Below are positions 38,833 through 48,696 of a DNA stretch of 64,000 bases, one piece after another. How positions within the stretch are numbered: the first letter of the stretch is position 1; every line of letters begins with the position of its first letter. Below the pieces are notes generated by a model, which saw only the letters and a program-made list of their open reading frames with translations, was not told the DNA's origin and did no database searches. The DNA comes from an uncultured Chloroflexia bacterium (GTDB taxonomy: Bacteria > Chloroflexota > Limnocylindria > Limnocylindrales > CSP1-4): assembly GCA_963810065.1 (NCBI GenBank), contig CAWELX010000007.1, forward strand, positions 1,170,154 through 1,234,153. Direction: 5' to 3'. The position numbers and the translations under genes are program-made.

Positions 38833-39148
38833 GTCCCTGCCGTCGCGCGCCCGGGCAGCTCAGGTCCTGACCCCGGCTTCGCCCGGGTGCGGATGGCGCA
38901 GGTTCCGGGTCCACCCTTAGGGGTGAATGCGCATCCGCCCCGATGGGCGGAACTCCGCAGTCCGCGCAGCATCCATCGACGAGTCGCTCCCCCGGGGGGG
39001 GTAGGCGCCTGGCGGCCAGGGTGGCAGGGGACCACCGGCTCGCCGGGCCGCGGCGACTCGCAAGGGGGGAAGATTGCGCCAGGGTGGGGGAAACCCGACG
39101 GGGCGGGGCGTTGACGATCGTGCACTCGGCGCCCCCGAGCGTGGATCC

Positions 39149-41335
39149 ATGGACGTTCGAGGCGACCGGGCCAGCGTGAGCCGTGCGGCCCGCCGCCTCG
39201 GCTTGCGGCTGGCGGTTGTCGCGGCCCTGGCTCTCGCCCTGCTCCTCGCCGCGTCCCCCCTCGCCGCCCCCGGCGTCCGCGCTGCCGCCCCGCGGGTGGC
39301 GATCATCGTCGGCCCGGTCGGGAGCCTGACCGCCTACTACCGCTCCGACGCCGAGAAGGCGGCCGCCGAGGCGCGCCGGTACACCGACGACGTCGTGACG
39401 GTCTACTCGCCCGACGCCACGTGGAGCGCGGCGCGGGCGGCGATGCAGGGCGCCTCGCTCGTCGTCTACCTGGGCCACGGCAACGGCTGGCCCAGCCGCT
39501 ACAGCAGCCGGCTCAACCCGCGGACCCAGGACGGCCTGGGGCTCAACCCGGTCGCCGGGCAGGGCAACCTCGCCCACCAGTACTTTGGCGAGGCGTACCT
39601 CACCGACCGGGTGACCCTCGCGCCCAACGCGGTGGTGGTCCTGAGCCACCTGTGCTACGCCTCGGGCAACTCCGAGCCCGGCCTCCCCGAGGGGACCCTC
39701 GCGGTGGCGAAGCAGCGCGTCGACAACTTCGCCGCGGGCTTCCTGGCGGCGGGCGCGTCCGCCGTGATCGCCGACGGCTATCTCGGCCCCGCCTACTACG
39801 TGCGCTCGATCCTCGCCGGGCGGGGCACCGTGGAGGGGATCTGGCGGGACGCGCCGAACTACCACGACCACGTCATCGCGTTCAAGAGCGTGCGGACCCC
39901 GGGCTTCACCGCGCTGCTGGACCCCATCAGGCGCGCGAGCGCGTTCTACCGCTCGCTCGTGACGCGCGCGGACCTGCGCTCCGGCGAGGTCGCCCGGGGG
40001 ACGGCCTCGGGTGCCGCTGCCTCGCGCGGTCCCGTGCCCGGGCCCGGGACGCCGCCGAGCGGATGGGAGGTCGTCCTCCCGCCGCAGCCTTCGGTCGCGC
40101 CCGACGCCTTCGACCTCGGGGCACAGCCCGGCACGCCGACGCTCACGGGGATGCCGCTGGCCGCCGCCACGATCCAGCTCCAGGTGCCCGTGGAGGTGCC
40201 CGCCGGGGTGACCCTTGGGACTGCCTACCGTCTGGGCACCCGCTGGATCCCGCTCGACGAGGCGGACGCGCCGGCCGATCCCGCGGCCAGCCCCGACCCC
40301 GCGGCCAGCCCCGATCCCGGCCCCAGTGCCGACCCGGCGGCCAGCCCCGACCCCGGTGCCAGCCCCGACCCCGCGGCCGGCCCCAGTGCCGACCCGGTGG
40401 CCAGCCCCGATCCCGGCCCCAGTGCCGACCCGGCGGCCAGCCCCGACCCCGCGGCCAGCCCCGACCCCGCGGCCGGCCCCAGCGCCACCGCCAGCCCGGG
40501 CACCGGGGCAGCCGACCCTCCGGATCTCGTCGCCCGCGAGTCGGCTGCGTCGCTCGTCGACGTCGTCCCCGCGACGGTCGCCTTCGGCGGGGTCACGGCG
40601 TCCGTCAACCTGCCGGCCACGAGTGGGCGCTACCGCCTGGAGGTCACCCTCCACGATGGCGACGGGGTCGTCCTCCCGTACGCGGTTCAGGCCGCGATCC
40701 CGGCCGTCGTCGTCCACGTCGGGGGCCCGGGCGCCGCCTGGCTCGACGCGCCGCCGTCCGTCTCGCTCAACGCCGGCACGCTCGCCTCCCTCCAGGTTGT
40801 AGCCACCAACGGCGAGGCGACGGCGTGGGGCGTCTGCACAGCCGGGCCGTCCCCCGCGGGCGCCGAGGCCGCCGCTTCCTGCCCCACCGTCCGCCTCGTC
40901 GGCCGCTGGGTCGCCCTCGCTGGAGGCGGCGGGACGGCGGCGCCGATGACCCGCGAACTCGCTGTCCCGGCCGCGACGGCGCAGACGACGTGGCTGTCCG
41001 GGCCGGTCCCCACCGAACCCGGCACTTACCTCCTCGTGGTCAGCCTCGAGCGCGCCACGGGTGATGGCCCGCCGCAGGTGCTGGGCCGACCCGTCACGGT
41101 CATGGTCCTGGTGGCCGCCGCTCCGCTGCTCCCGATCCCAGCTGACAGTCCCGCGCCGCTGCCAGCGACGCCGGGCGGCACCGACCCCGCGACCGTGCCG
41201 CTGTTGCCGACGGGTGGCGACGTCGATTCGACGCTCGTGCCGAGCGGCGGAAGCCTGCTTCCAACTCAGCCCGACTCAACCCCAGGACCAAGTGTCAGCA
41301 GCCCGCCCAGGGCCGAAGAGGGAGGTGGCCAATGA
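39149..41335 (+). CDS. Secreted protein, paralog B of 31062-32798 (caspase/gingipain-like His...Cys domain + PASPD-repeat linker + beta-rich C-domains + Pro/Thr-rich tail)
   Basis: Signal-like N-terminus (..LRLAVVAALALALLLAASPLAAPGVRA). RVAIIVGPVG...GASLVVYLGHGNG...AVVVLSHLCYASG has the same motif spacing as paralog A. A long 5' leader precedes it. The stop overlaps the next gene's start (ATGA 41332-41335). Confidence 0.55.
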   Translation: MDVRGDRASVSRAARRLGLRLAVVAALALALLLAASPLAAPGVRAAAPRVAIIVGPVGSLTAYYRSDAEKAAAEARRYTDDVVTVYSPDATWSAARAAMQGASLVVYLGHGNGWPSRYSSRLNPRTQDGLGLNPVAGQGNLAHQYFGEAYLTDRVTLAPNAVVVLSHLCYASGNSEPGLPEGTLAVAKQRVDNFAAGFLAAGASAVIADGYLGPAYYVRSILAGRGTVEGIWRDAPNYHDHVIAFKSVRTPGFTALLDPIRRASAFYRSLVTRADLRSGEVARGTASGAAASRGPVPGPGTPPSGWEVVLPPQPSVAPDAFDLGAQPGTPTLTGMPLAAATIQLQVPVEVPAGVTLGTAYRLGTRWIPLDEADAPADPAASPDPAASPDPGPSADPAASPDPGASPDPAAGPSADPVASPDPGPSADPAASPDPAASPDPAAGPSATASPGTGAADPPDLVARESAASLVDVVPATVAFGGVTASVNLPATSGRYRLEVTLHDGDGVVLPYAVQAAIPAVVVHVGGPGAAWLDAPPSVSLNAGTLASLQVVATNGEATAWGVCTAGPSPAGAEAAASCPTVRLVGRWVALAGGGGTAAPMTRELAVPAATAQTTWLSGPVPTEPGTYLLVVSLERATGDGPPQVLGRPVTVMVLVAAAPLLPIPADSPAPLPATPGGTDPATVPLLPTGGDVDSTLVPSGGSLLPTQPDSTPGPSVSSPPRAEEGGGQ
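40264..40500 (+). repeat. Coding tandem repeat (~18-24 nt units, gccagccccgaccccgcggcc-like) encoding (PAASPDP/GPSADPAASPDP)n inside paralog B
   Basis: Direct reading. The protein reads ADPAASPDPAASPDPGPSADPAASPDPGASPDPAAGPSADPVASPDPGPSADPAASPDPAASPDPAAGPS. The stretch is absent from paralog A, which has a single PAASPDPAA. Confidence 0.7.
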
Positions 41336-41979
41336 CCGCGACGACGATGGGCCAGTCTGACGCCCGCGCCAGCGCCCCCGAACCCCGCGCCGGTCGGGCC
41401 GACGCCGGGTTCCGCCTCCTGCCCGGCCGGGTGGTGGTCTACGCCTGGCTGCTGGCGGCGGTTCCGATCGCCCTCCTGCAGCTCGTGCACGCCGGCGTGC
41501 ACGAGCACCACGAGCTCCCGCCGGTGCTCCACTGGCTGCGCGACACGGCCCTTGCCGTGCCGCTCGCCGCTGTCGCGGTCGTCGTCGCCGCGCTCCTCGT
41601 CTCCAGGCTCCGACCGACGGAGCCGGGGGGGCGCGCGTCGTTGACGACCATGGCGCTCTGGGGGGCGCTCGCCGCCCTCCTGTTCGCCGCACTCAGCATC
41701 CCCGGAAACCAGATGCACGGCCTGCTGTTCGGCGCCGAGGAGGAAGAAGGCGTCAGCCTCCTCAACGACCTCGCGGCCGACGCCCTGTATGCGTTGGAGG
41801 CGGCGCTCCTCGTCATCGCCCCCATCGCGCTGCTCGCCGGGGTCCCCTGGCGGGGCGCGTGGCGGGCCACTCCATCCATGCAATCGGCCCAGGGTGCCGC
41901 GGCGATGGTCGCCGCGCCAGATGGGCCACTCGAGGCGCCCGCGAACGCGGGAGCGACCCACGACGGAGGCGATCGATGA
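41332..41979 (+). CDS. Hypothetical integral membrane protein (His-rich loop HAGVHEHHELPPVLHWL)
   Basis: 215 aa with 4-5 hydrophobic helices. It is translationally coupled to paralog B upstream (ATGA), and its stop overlaps the first mini-ORF ATG (ATGA at 41976-41979). Confidence 0.5.
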   Translation: MTATTMGQSDARASAPEPRAGRADAGFRLLPGRVVVYAWLLAAVPIALLQLVHAGVHEHHELPPVLHWLRDTALAVPLAAVAVVVAALLVSRLRPTEPGGRASLTTMALWGALAALLFAALSIPGNQMHGLLFGAEEEEGVSLLNDLAADALYALEAALLVIAPIALLAGVPWRGAWRATPSMQSAQGAAAMVAAPDGPLEAPANAGATHDGGDR

Positions 41980-42073
41980 ACGACACAGACCAGGTCGCCT
42001 CCGTCACCGCAGGAGGCGACAGATGAAGAACAGGCACCACGACGCCTCCATCACCGCGGGAGGCGATCGATGA
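41933..42073 (+). repeat. Three tandem 47-bp units, each ending GGAGGCGA(T/C)(C/A)GATGA (an SD-like GGAGG plus ATGA stop/start overlap). They create two 16-codon mini-ORFs (41976-42026 MNDTDQVASVTAGGDR; 42023-42073 MKNRHHDASITAGGDR) chained between the membrane-protein gene and the giant-protein ORF
   Basis: Direct reading: units at 41933-41979, 41980-42026 and 42027-42073 (period 47, ~75% identity, the last 20 nt nearly identical). Each unit's TGA overlaps the next ATG. The upstream membrane protein ends ..THDGGDR and both peptides end ..TAGGDR. Confidence 0.6.
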
Positions 42074-42141
42074 GCAGCAGCGACCACCGCGCCTCCGGGG
42101 CCGGCCTTCGACGGGCAACCAGGAACGAGGAGTACCAGGCA

Positions 42142-45100
42142 ATGGGTCATTCGCGAACAGGGCACCGGCCCAGGACGCTTCGGTTCCTGGGCATCTGGCT
42201 CGCCAGCGTGGCGATGATCGTGACGCAGCTGGCCGCGCCGGTGGCACAGGCCGCTCCGATCAACACCGCCGCCGCCACGCCCGCCGCGGCTCCGGCCGCC
42301 CCGACGAGCACGATCACGTTCGCGGTGAAGGCCGCGCGCACGGAGCTGAATGCCTTCGACGGGGCTCCGCGCACAGCGCTCCCCGCTGATCCGGCGGTCC
42401 CAACCGGGGTCAAGGAAGGCGACCCGGTCACCGCCTACAAGTGGATCGTCAACGAGGACAACACCGGCCAGAACACCACGCGCAACGCAGACCCCGGGTC
42501 GGCCTGCTCCGCATGGCTCGACGCCGCCCACACGGCTCCCAACCCGAACTACCCGGGTTCCTGCAAGTGGACTTCCATCGCCGGCCTCGCGAGCTCTGCC
42601 CCGGTCGCGGCCCAGGGCGACGAGACGACCGCCGACGGCACCTTCACGATCTCCAGCCTGGCCCCCGGCCGGTACCTCATCTCGGTGCTCGCCGACGGCT
42701 ACAAGCTCGACGGCGCCCCCTTCAGCGTCCCGATGGAGGCACCAGGCGTGGTCGACGTGCCACTGCAGCCGAGCCCCCTGCCGACCGCGACCATCAAGGC
42801 GCAGGTCTTTGACGACGTCACGTCGGCCAACGGCCAGTACGATCCCGGTGAGGACGGCCTGCCCGGGTTCGCCGGCTTCATCACTGACTACATCGGCCAG
42901 GTGACGACCGACGTCTTCGGCAACCCGCTGTGCACGAAGTACGAGGCCGGTGACGGGCCCAACGGGTACGCGTGGGTCGACGGCGCGCCCGTCGTCGCCG
43001 CCGACTCCCACGGTGGCAAGTGCCTGTCGGGCGACGCCAACATGGACGGCGTCGTGGACGCGGCCGACATCCCGCTGTACAGCGACCCGCAGCTTGGCCC
43101 GGGCGTGCTGACGATCCCGAACCTCGGCCCCAACCGTTACGCCCTGTCCGTCGTCCCGCCAACCGGCTCCAGCTGGGTCCAGACGACCACCCTCGAGGGC
43201 AACCACGACTGGGATTCCTGGGTGATGGAGGGCTCCACCGGCCTCGACACCGAGTTCGTCGTCGCCGGAGAGCCGTTCCCGGCCCAGATCTTCGGCTTCG
43301 TTCCCGGCCCGACGACCGGCGCCTGGACACATCCCGCAACCGGGACCTCGAAGCCGTATGGCGACAGCTTCGCCGCCGGCGGGACCGGCACCATCAAGGG
43401 CGTCGTGGACGCCATGAAGGTCTATGTGCCGACCAAGGGCGGCCAGTGCCTGCCGGGCACGATCTGGGGCGGCCTGTGCGGAGGGAAGGTCGACAAGCCG
43501 ATCGACAAGCCATGGATCGCGCTCAGCGATCTCAACAGCGGCGACACGGCCGTGTGGATGGGTCGCGGCAACGCCGACGGCACGTTCACGATCCCGCACG
43601 TCCCCGACGGCAGCTACACGATCACCTACTGGGACGAGCCCCAGAACTACATCCTCGATCTGCTCAACGTGACCGTGGCCAACGGCGAGACCGTCGACAT
43701 GGGGGTCCTTCCCCTGACGGGCTGGTTCACGAAGTTCGACGGCCATGTCTTCAACGACCTGAACCGCAACGGCAAGCAGGACGCCGGCGAGCCCGGCGTG
43801 CCCGACTTCACCCTGACCTTGCGCAAGCGCGAGAACTCGCTCATGGACCGCGGCGCGACCCTGGTCACGACCGACGCCAACGGCTACTACGTCATGGAGA
43901 ACGCCTACCCGCTCACGGAGTGGCTCGTCCTCGAGGCGTACAACGACCGCTACTACACGACCGGCGTCACCTATCAGGCCGACAACCAGCCCACGAAGAC
44001 CACGGTCCTGGGGGCCGGCGTCGACGTCAGCGTCCTGCCGATCATCGGCCTGTCCGGCCGGCTCGACTGGGGGGTCCACTTCTACGATCCGACCGGCGAC
44101 AACGGGATCGACCCGAAGAACGGCGGGATCGTCGGGTCCGTCAGCTACGACACCACCCGCAACGAGGTCAACCCGCAGTACGCCGTGGCAGAGGACTGGC
44201 AGCCCGGCGTCTCCGGCCTGACGGTCGACCTGTTCGCCCCGGTGCCCTGCCCGACGGACGGCAGCCAGCCCTGCGACGCCAACGGCGACTACGCCCTTGC
44301 GCCCGACGGGTCGTATGCCCGCGGCAAGCTCCTGAACACGTACGTCACCGAAACGTGGCAGAGGCCAACCGACTGCATCGCCCGCGGCGTGGATGGGACG
44401 CCTCTCGCCAACCCGGCCGACCAGCAGGTCCTGCCGGTCGGTCCGACCAAGGACTGCCTCGAAGGCCCCCTGATGGGGGTCCAGTTCGGGCCGTACCCGA
44501 CCGACCAGGGGACCGCCGACGCCAACTTCGGCGCCGCCGTCGACGGCAACTACGGCTTCGGCGACGGCTGCTTCAACGGCACGCTGGACGCCACTGACCC
44601 CGCCAACCCTGTCTGCGACGGCGGCACGTTCGAACCGCTGCCTGCCGACGACTACCTGGTCCACGTCAGCAACGTCAACGATCAGCAGGGCAACCCCGTC
44701 TACCACTTCACTCGTGAAGAGGACATCAACATCGCGACGGGCGACAGCTACGTCCCGCAGATCCCGCCGCCGGCCTGCGTCGGCGCGCTCCACACGGTGG
44801 ACGTGGCCGGCACGCCCGTCGACGCGAACAACAACCCCACCGACAACTACCCGGCGACGCAGATCCCCGACCCGTCCGGCCTCGGCTCCGCCACGATCTC
44901 GGTGCCGGCCTCGACGCCCACGGACAACCCTACCTTCGTCGGCATCGGCGGCTCACCCTACGAGGGCCTGGCCAAGCCGCTGTGCGACACGAAGCTCGTG
45001 TCGCTCCAGGACGGCAAGTCGATCGTTCCCGGGTTCAACGTCTTCACCGACGTGCCGCTCCCGAGCCGCTTCTTCGCCTACAACGTCGATGACCTCAACT

Positions 45101-48100
45101 TCTCGACCGACCCGAAGTCGCTGCTCTATGGAGAGAAGGCGGGCCTTCCGTTCACCCCCGTCGGCATCTATGACTTCGCCGACCGCCTGGTCACCACGTC
45201 CGAGACCGACTACAACGGCCTGTTCGACGTGCTCCTGCCGTCGACCGACCGGATCAGCTGCCCGACGCCATCGGGCGTCTGCGGCAACGTCTACCGCTTC
45301 GTCGGAAACGACCCGGGCATCCCCGGTCGCCTGAACACGAACTACAACCCGCAGTACCGGACGATCGCGGCCGACTTCGAGGCCTGGCCGGGCATCATCG
45401 TCCCGGCCGACACGGCGCCGACCCAGGTGGGCGTGACGATCCAGCTGCCTGGCACCACGACGTTCCAGGCGGTCTCGTGCCCGGTCAACGACCCGGCGGT
45501 CGCACCCACGACGCCCGAGCTCTACGCGATCGACCGGCCGTACGGCTACTCGGGCGATCGCTTCACGATCACGGGCCAAGGATTTGGGTCCACCCGCGGC
45601 ACGGTCAACTTCGACGGCGTGCCGCTGCCGAGCAACAACAACTGGGTCGTCTCCTGGACCCCCACCTCGATCACGATCGAGATGCAGAACTACGCCCAGG
45701 CGGCGGCCGGGCCGCATCAGCTCTCGGTCACGGCCAGCAATGGCAAGACCACGGTCAACGGGCTGACCTACCACTACCTGCGAAACGTCAACAACGCCGC
45801 CAACCGGTACCTGCCGCCGATCCTGGAGGTGGGTCCGAACGTCGCGCGAATCCGCGCTATCGGCCGGCCAACTCGCTCCCGGCTGCGGCCAACCACGCGA
45901 TCCAGAACGCGCTGGACGACGCTCCCGCGGGCGCGCTCGTCGTCGTCTATCCGAACACGCCGAGCGCCAATCCGCGGCTGAACCCGCGTGGCGCGTACTA
46001 CGAGAACCTCATCATCTCCAAGCGGGTGAAGCTGCAGGGCGTCGGCCCGGGCAGCCCCGACGGCAAGGTGCGCGGCACGATCATCGACGGCGGCGCGTTC
46101 GCCGGCGACAGCCCCGTGGCCGCGGACTGGTACACGACGATCGGCAACCTGGCGTGGGCCGGGAACCAGACCATCTACGACGGCGCGGACATCTCGATCT
46201 TCGTGCCGAGCAGCGGTAGCAGCGCCTTCCCGACGTCGTACGACGCCAAGACCGCACCGTCCGTCGACGGCTTCGACCTCCGCGGCGGCGACCAGCAGGG
46301 CTTCCCCGGCAACATCAACGTCATCGGCGGCGGGCCCACCGGTCTGCCCGGCGGCCTGGTGACCCAGGGCGGCGCCATCTTCGCCAACGCCTATGCCCGC
46401 AACCTGCAGATCACGAACAACGTGGTCCAGAACAACGGTGGAGCCTACGGCACGCTCCGCATCGGGACGCCGGACCTGCCGGCCCCCGACACGAACAATC
46501 ACAACGAGGGCGTCCGGATCGCCAACAACCGCATCATCGCCAACGCCGGCACCAACCTGGCCGGTGGCATCGGGATCTTCGCCGGCAGCGACGGCTACAC
46601 CGTCGCCGGCAACGACATCTGCGGCAACTTCTCTGCCGAGTACGGCGGCGGCCTGAGCGTCTACGGCCTCAGCCCGAACGGCTCCATCGACCACAACCGG
46701 ATCTACTACAACCAGTCCTACGACGAGGCGGGCGGGATCATGATCGCCGGCACGCTGCCGGTCGACCCGAACGCGAACTACGGGACGCCCAACGGCCCCA
46801 AGGGCTCGGGCTCCGTCGCCATCCATGACAACCTGATCCAGTCCAACCTCGCCAATGACGACGGCGGCGGGATCCGGTTCCTGATGGCCGGCGACTTCCC
46901 GATGAACGTCTACAACAACATGATCGTGAACAACGTGTCGACCCACGAGGGCGGCGGCATCGCCATCGACGACGCCCCCAACGTGCGGTTCGACAACAAC
47001 ACGGTCATGAAGAACGTCACGACCGCGACGGCCGTGACCAGCGACGGCCAGCCGGCCCCGGCCGGCCTGTCGACGGGCCAGAACAGCGCTCAGCTCCAGG
47101 CCACGTTGCCGGGCGGCTCGGAGCTCTTCAGCAACCCGCTCCTCTTCAACAACATCTTCTGGGACAACCGGGCCGGGTCGCGCACGACGGGAAGCGGCAC
47201 CGTGACCGGCATCGGGACGCTTGACGCCAACCACTGGGACATGGGCGTCCCGGGCACGTCGTTCGTGCTCTCGCCCACCAACTCGATCCTCCAGTCCGAG
47301 ACGACGAACCACAACGACGTGGTCGCGAGCCCGACCAACACGGTCGACCAGGATCCGCGGGTGGCTTCTTCGTACGACACGGCGCTGACGTTCAGCCCGT
47401 GGCGCACGAACCCGAACTTCGTCGGCGCGATCCTTGTTGCCGCCGACCTGCCGCCGAACCTGCTCGGCAACTACCACCTCGGCGGCACCGGCTCGCCGGC
47501 CTACAACCTCGGCGCGGCGTCCAAGGCCACCATTGCCGCGCCCGCGTTCGACATCGACGGCCAGGTGCGTCCTGCGCTCGGCGGCTTCGATGCCGGCGCC
47601 GACGAGTTCTCGGGCGCCCAGGCGGACCTCTCGATCACCAAGGACGATGGCGTTAGCACGGTCAATCCGGGTGGTGCCCTCAGCTACACGATCACCGTGA
47701 CCAACGCCGGCCCCAACGGCGTGGCGCTGGCGCCGGTGACCGACAACATCCCGACAACGCTCACCGGCGCGACCTGGACCTGCTCGGTTCCGGCGGCGGT
47801 GGGCTATGCCTGCGGCGCCGCCAGCGGCAGCGGCAGCATCAACACGACAGTCAGCCTGCCGTCCGGCGGCAGCGCGACCTTGACGCTGAACGGAACGGTC
47901 GCCCCGAGTGCGAGCCTCACGCTGGCCAACACGGCCTCCGTTGCACCCCCCGCCGGCACCACCGACCCGACGCCGCTGAACAACACTGCGACCGACACGG
48001 ACACCGTCGTGCTGGACGCCATCTTCGCGAACGGCTTCGAGACGGGCGCCCGCCCGTGGGGCTGGACGAGCGCAACGCCCGCCGGCACCGGCACCGCCGC

Positions 48101-48641
48101 CACGAATCGCCTGAACGTGACGGCGGGCGGGGCTCTCGTTGGCAACCTCGGCCTGCAGGCGCAGGGCAACAACACCAACTACGTCCAGTACAACTTCGGC
48201 ACCGGGGCCAACCCCGCCACGCCGACGTATGACGCGCGGTTCTACTTCCGGCCCAACGCCAACAGCTCGACCGGCAACGACATCTTCAGAGCGGCCGCGG
48301 GCACCAACAACGCGTCCTTCAACGGCCCGCTGTTCCGCGTGCGGTACCGCCTCAACGCCGGAACGCCGCAGGTCCAGATCCAGATCGGGACGGGGACCGC
48401 CAACGCGTCGTGGACGAACCTCCTCGGCGGCACGGCGAACAACGTCATCGAGGTGGTCTGGCAATCGGGGACCACGCTGCAGCTGTACGTCAACGGCGGC
48501 CTGGCGCAGACCCTGACCGCGGGCACCGGCTCGGTGATGGCAGTCCGCCTGGGCTCCGTGACGACCACCGGCAACGCCACCCTCATGTACTTCGACGCCT
48601 TCGCCTCCAAGCGCTCGGTGTCGCCCCTGGTCGGGCCGTAG
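42142..48641 (+). CDS. Giant secreted multi-domain surface protein (~2,100 aa if read through one apparent frameshift at ~45,850): Cna-B/SdrD-B/CarboxypepD_reg-like beta-sandwich repeats, IPT/TIG domain, right-handed parallel beta-helix repeats, DUF11 repeat, and a ~200-aa C-terminal domain
   Basis: ORF 42070..45981 (signal peptide MGHSRTGHRPRTLRFLGIWLASVAMIVTQLAAPVAQAAP; GTFTISSLAPGRYLISV / DGTFTIPHVPDGSYTITY / NGYYVMENAYP beta-sandwich motifs; IPT-like YAIDRPYGYSGDRFTITGQGFGSTRGTVNFDGVPL) ends in an Arg-rich out-of-frame-looking tail. ORF 45477..48641 in the +1 frame continues with beta-helix repeats (NNVVQNNGGAYGTLRIG.., IANNRIIANAGTNLAGGIGIF.., IHDNLIQSNLANDDGGGIRF.., NNMIVNNVSTHEGGGIAID), then DUF11 (ADLSITKDDG..YTITVTNAGPNG), then the C-terminal domain. 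The second ORF has no plausible start of its own. Confidence 0.6.
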
Positions 48642-48696
48642 TGCCATGCCTGACCACGACATCACCCGTCCAACCGTCGCCGAGGGAGACAACGTC

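Noticed and set aside
40215-40802. Candidate CRISPR array or mobile repeat at the PASPD / TP repeat regions
   Set aside because: The units are 6-24 nt coding microsatellites with no spacer-repeat architecture, no cas genes and no terminal inverted repeats.
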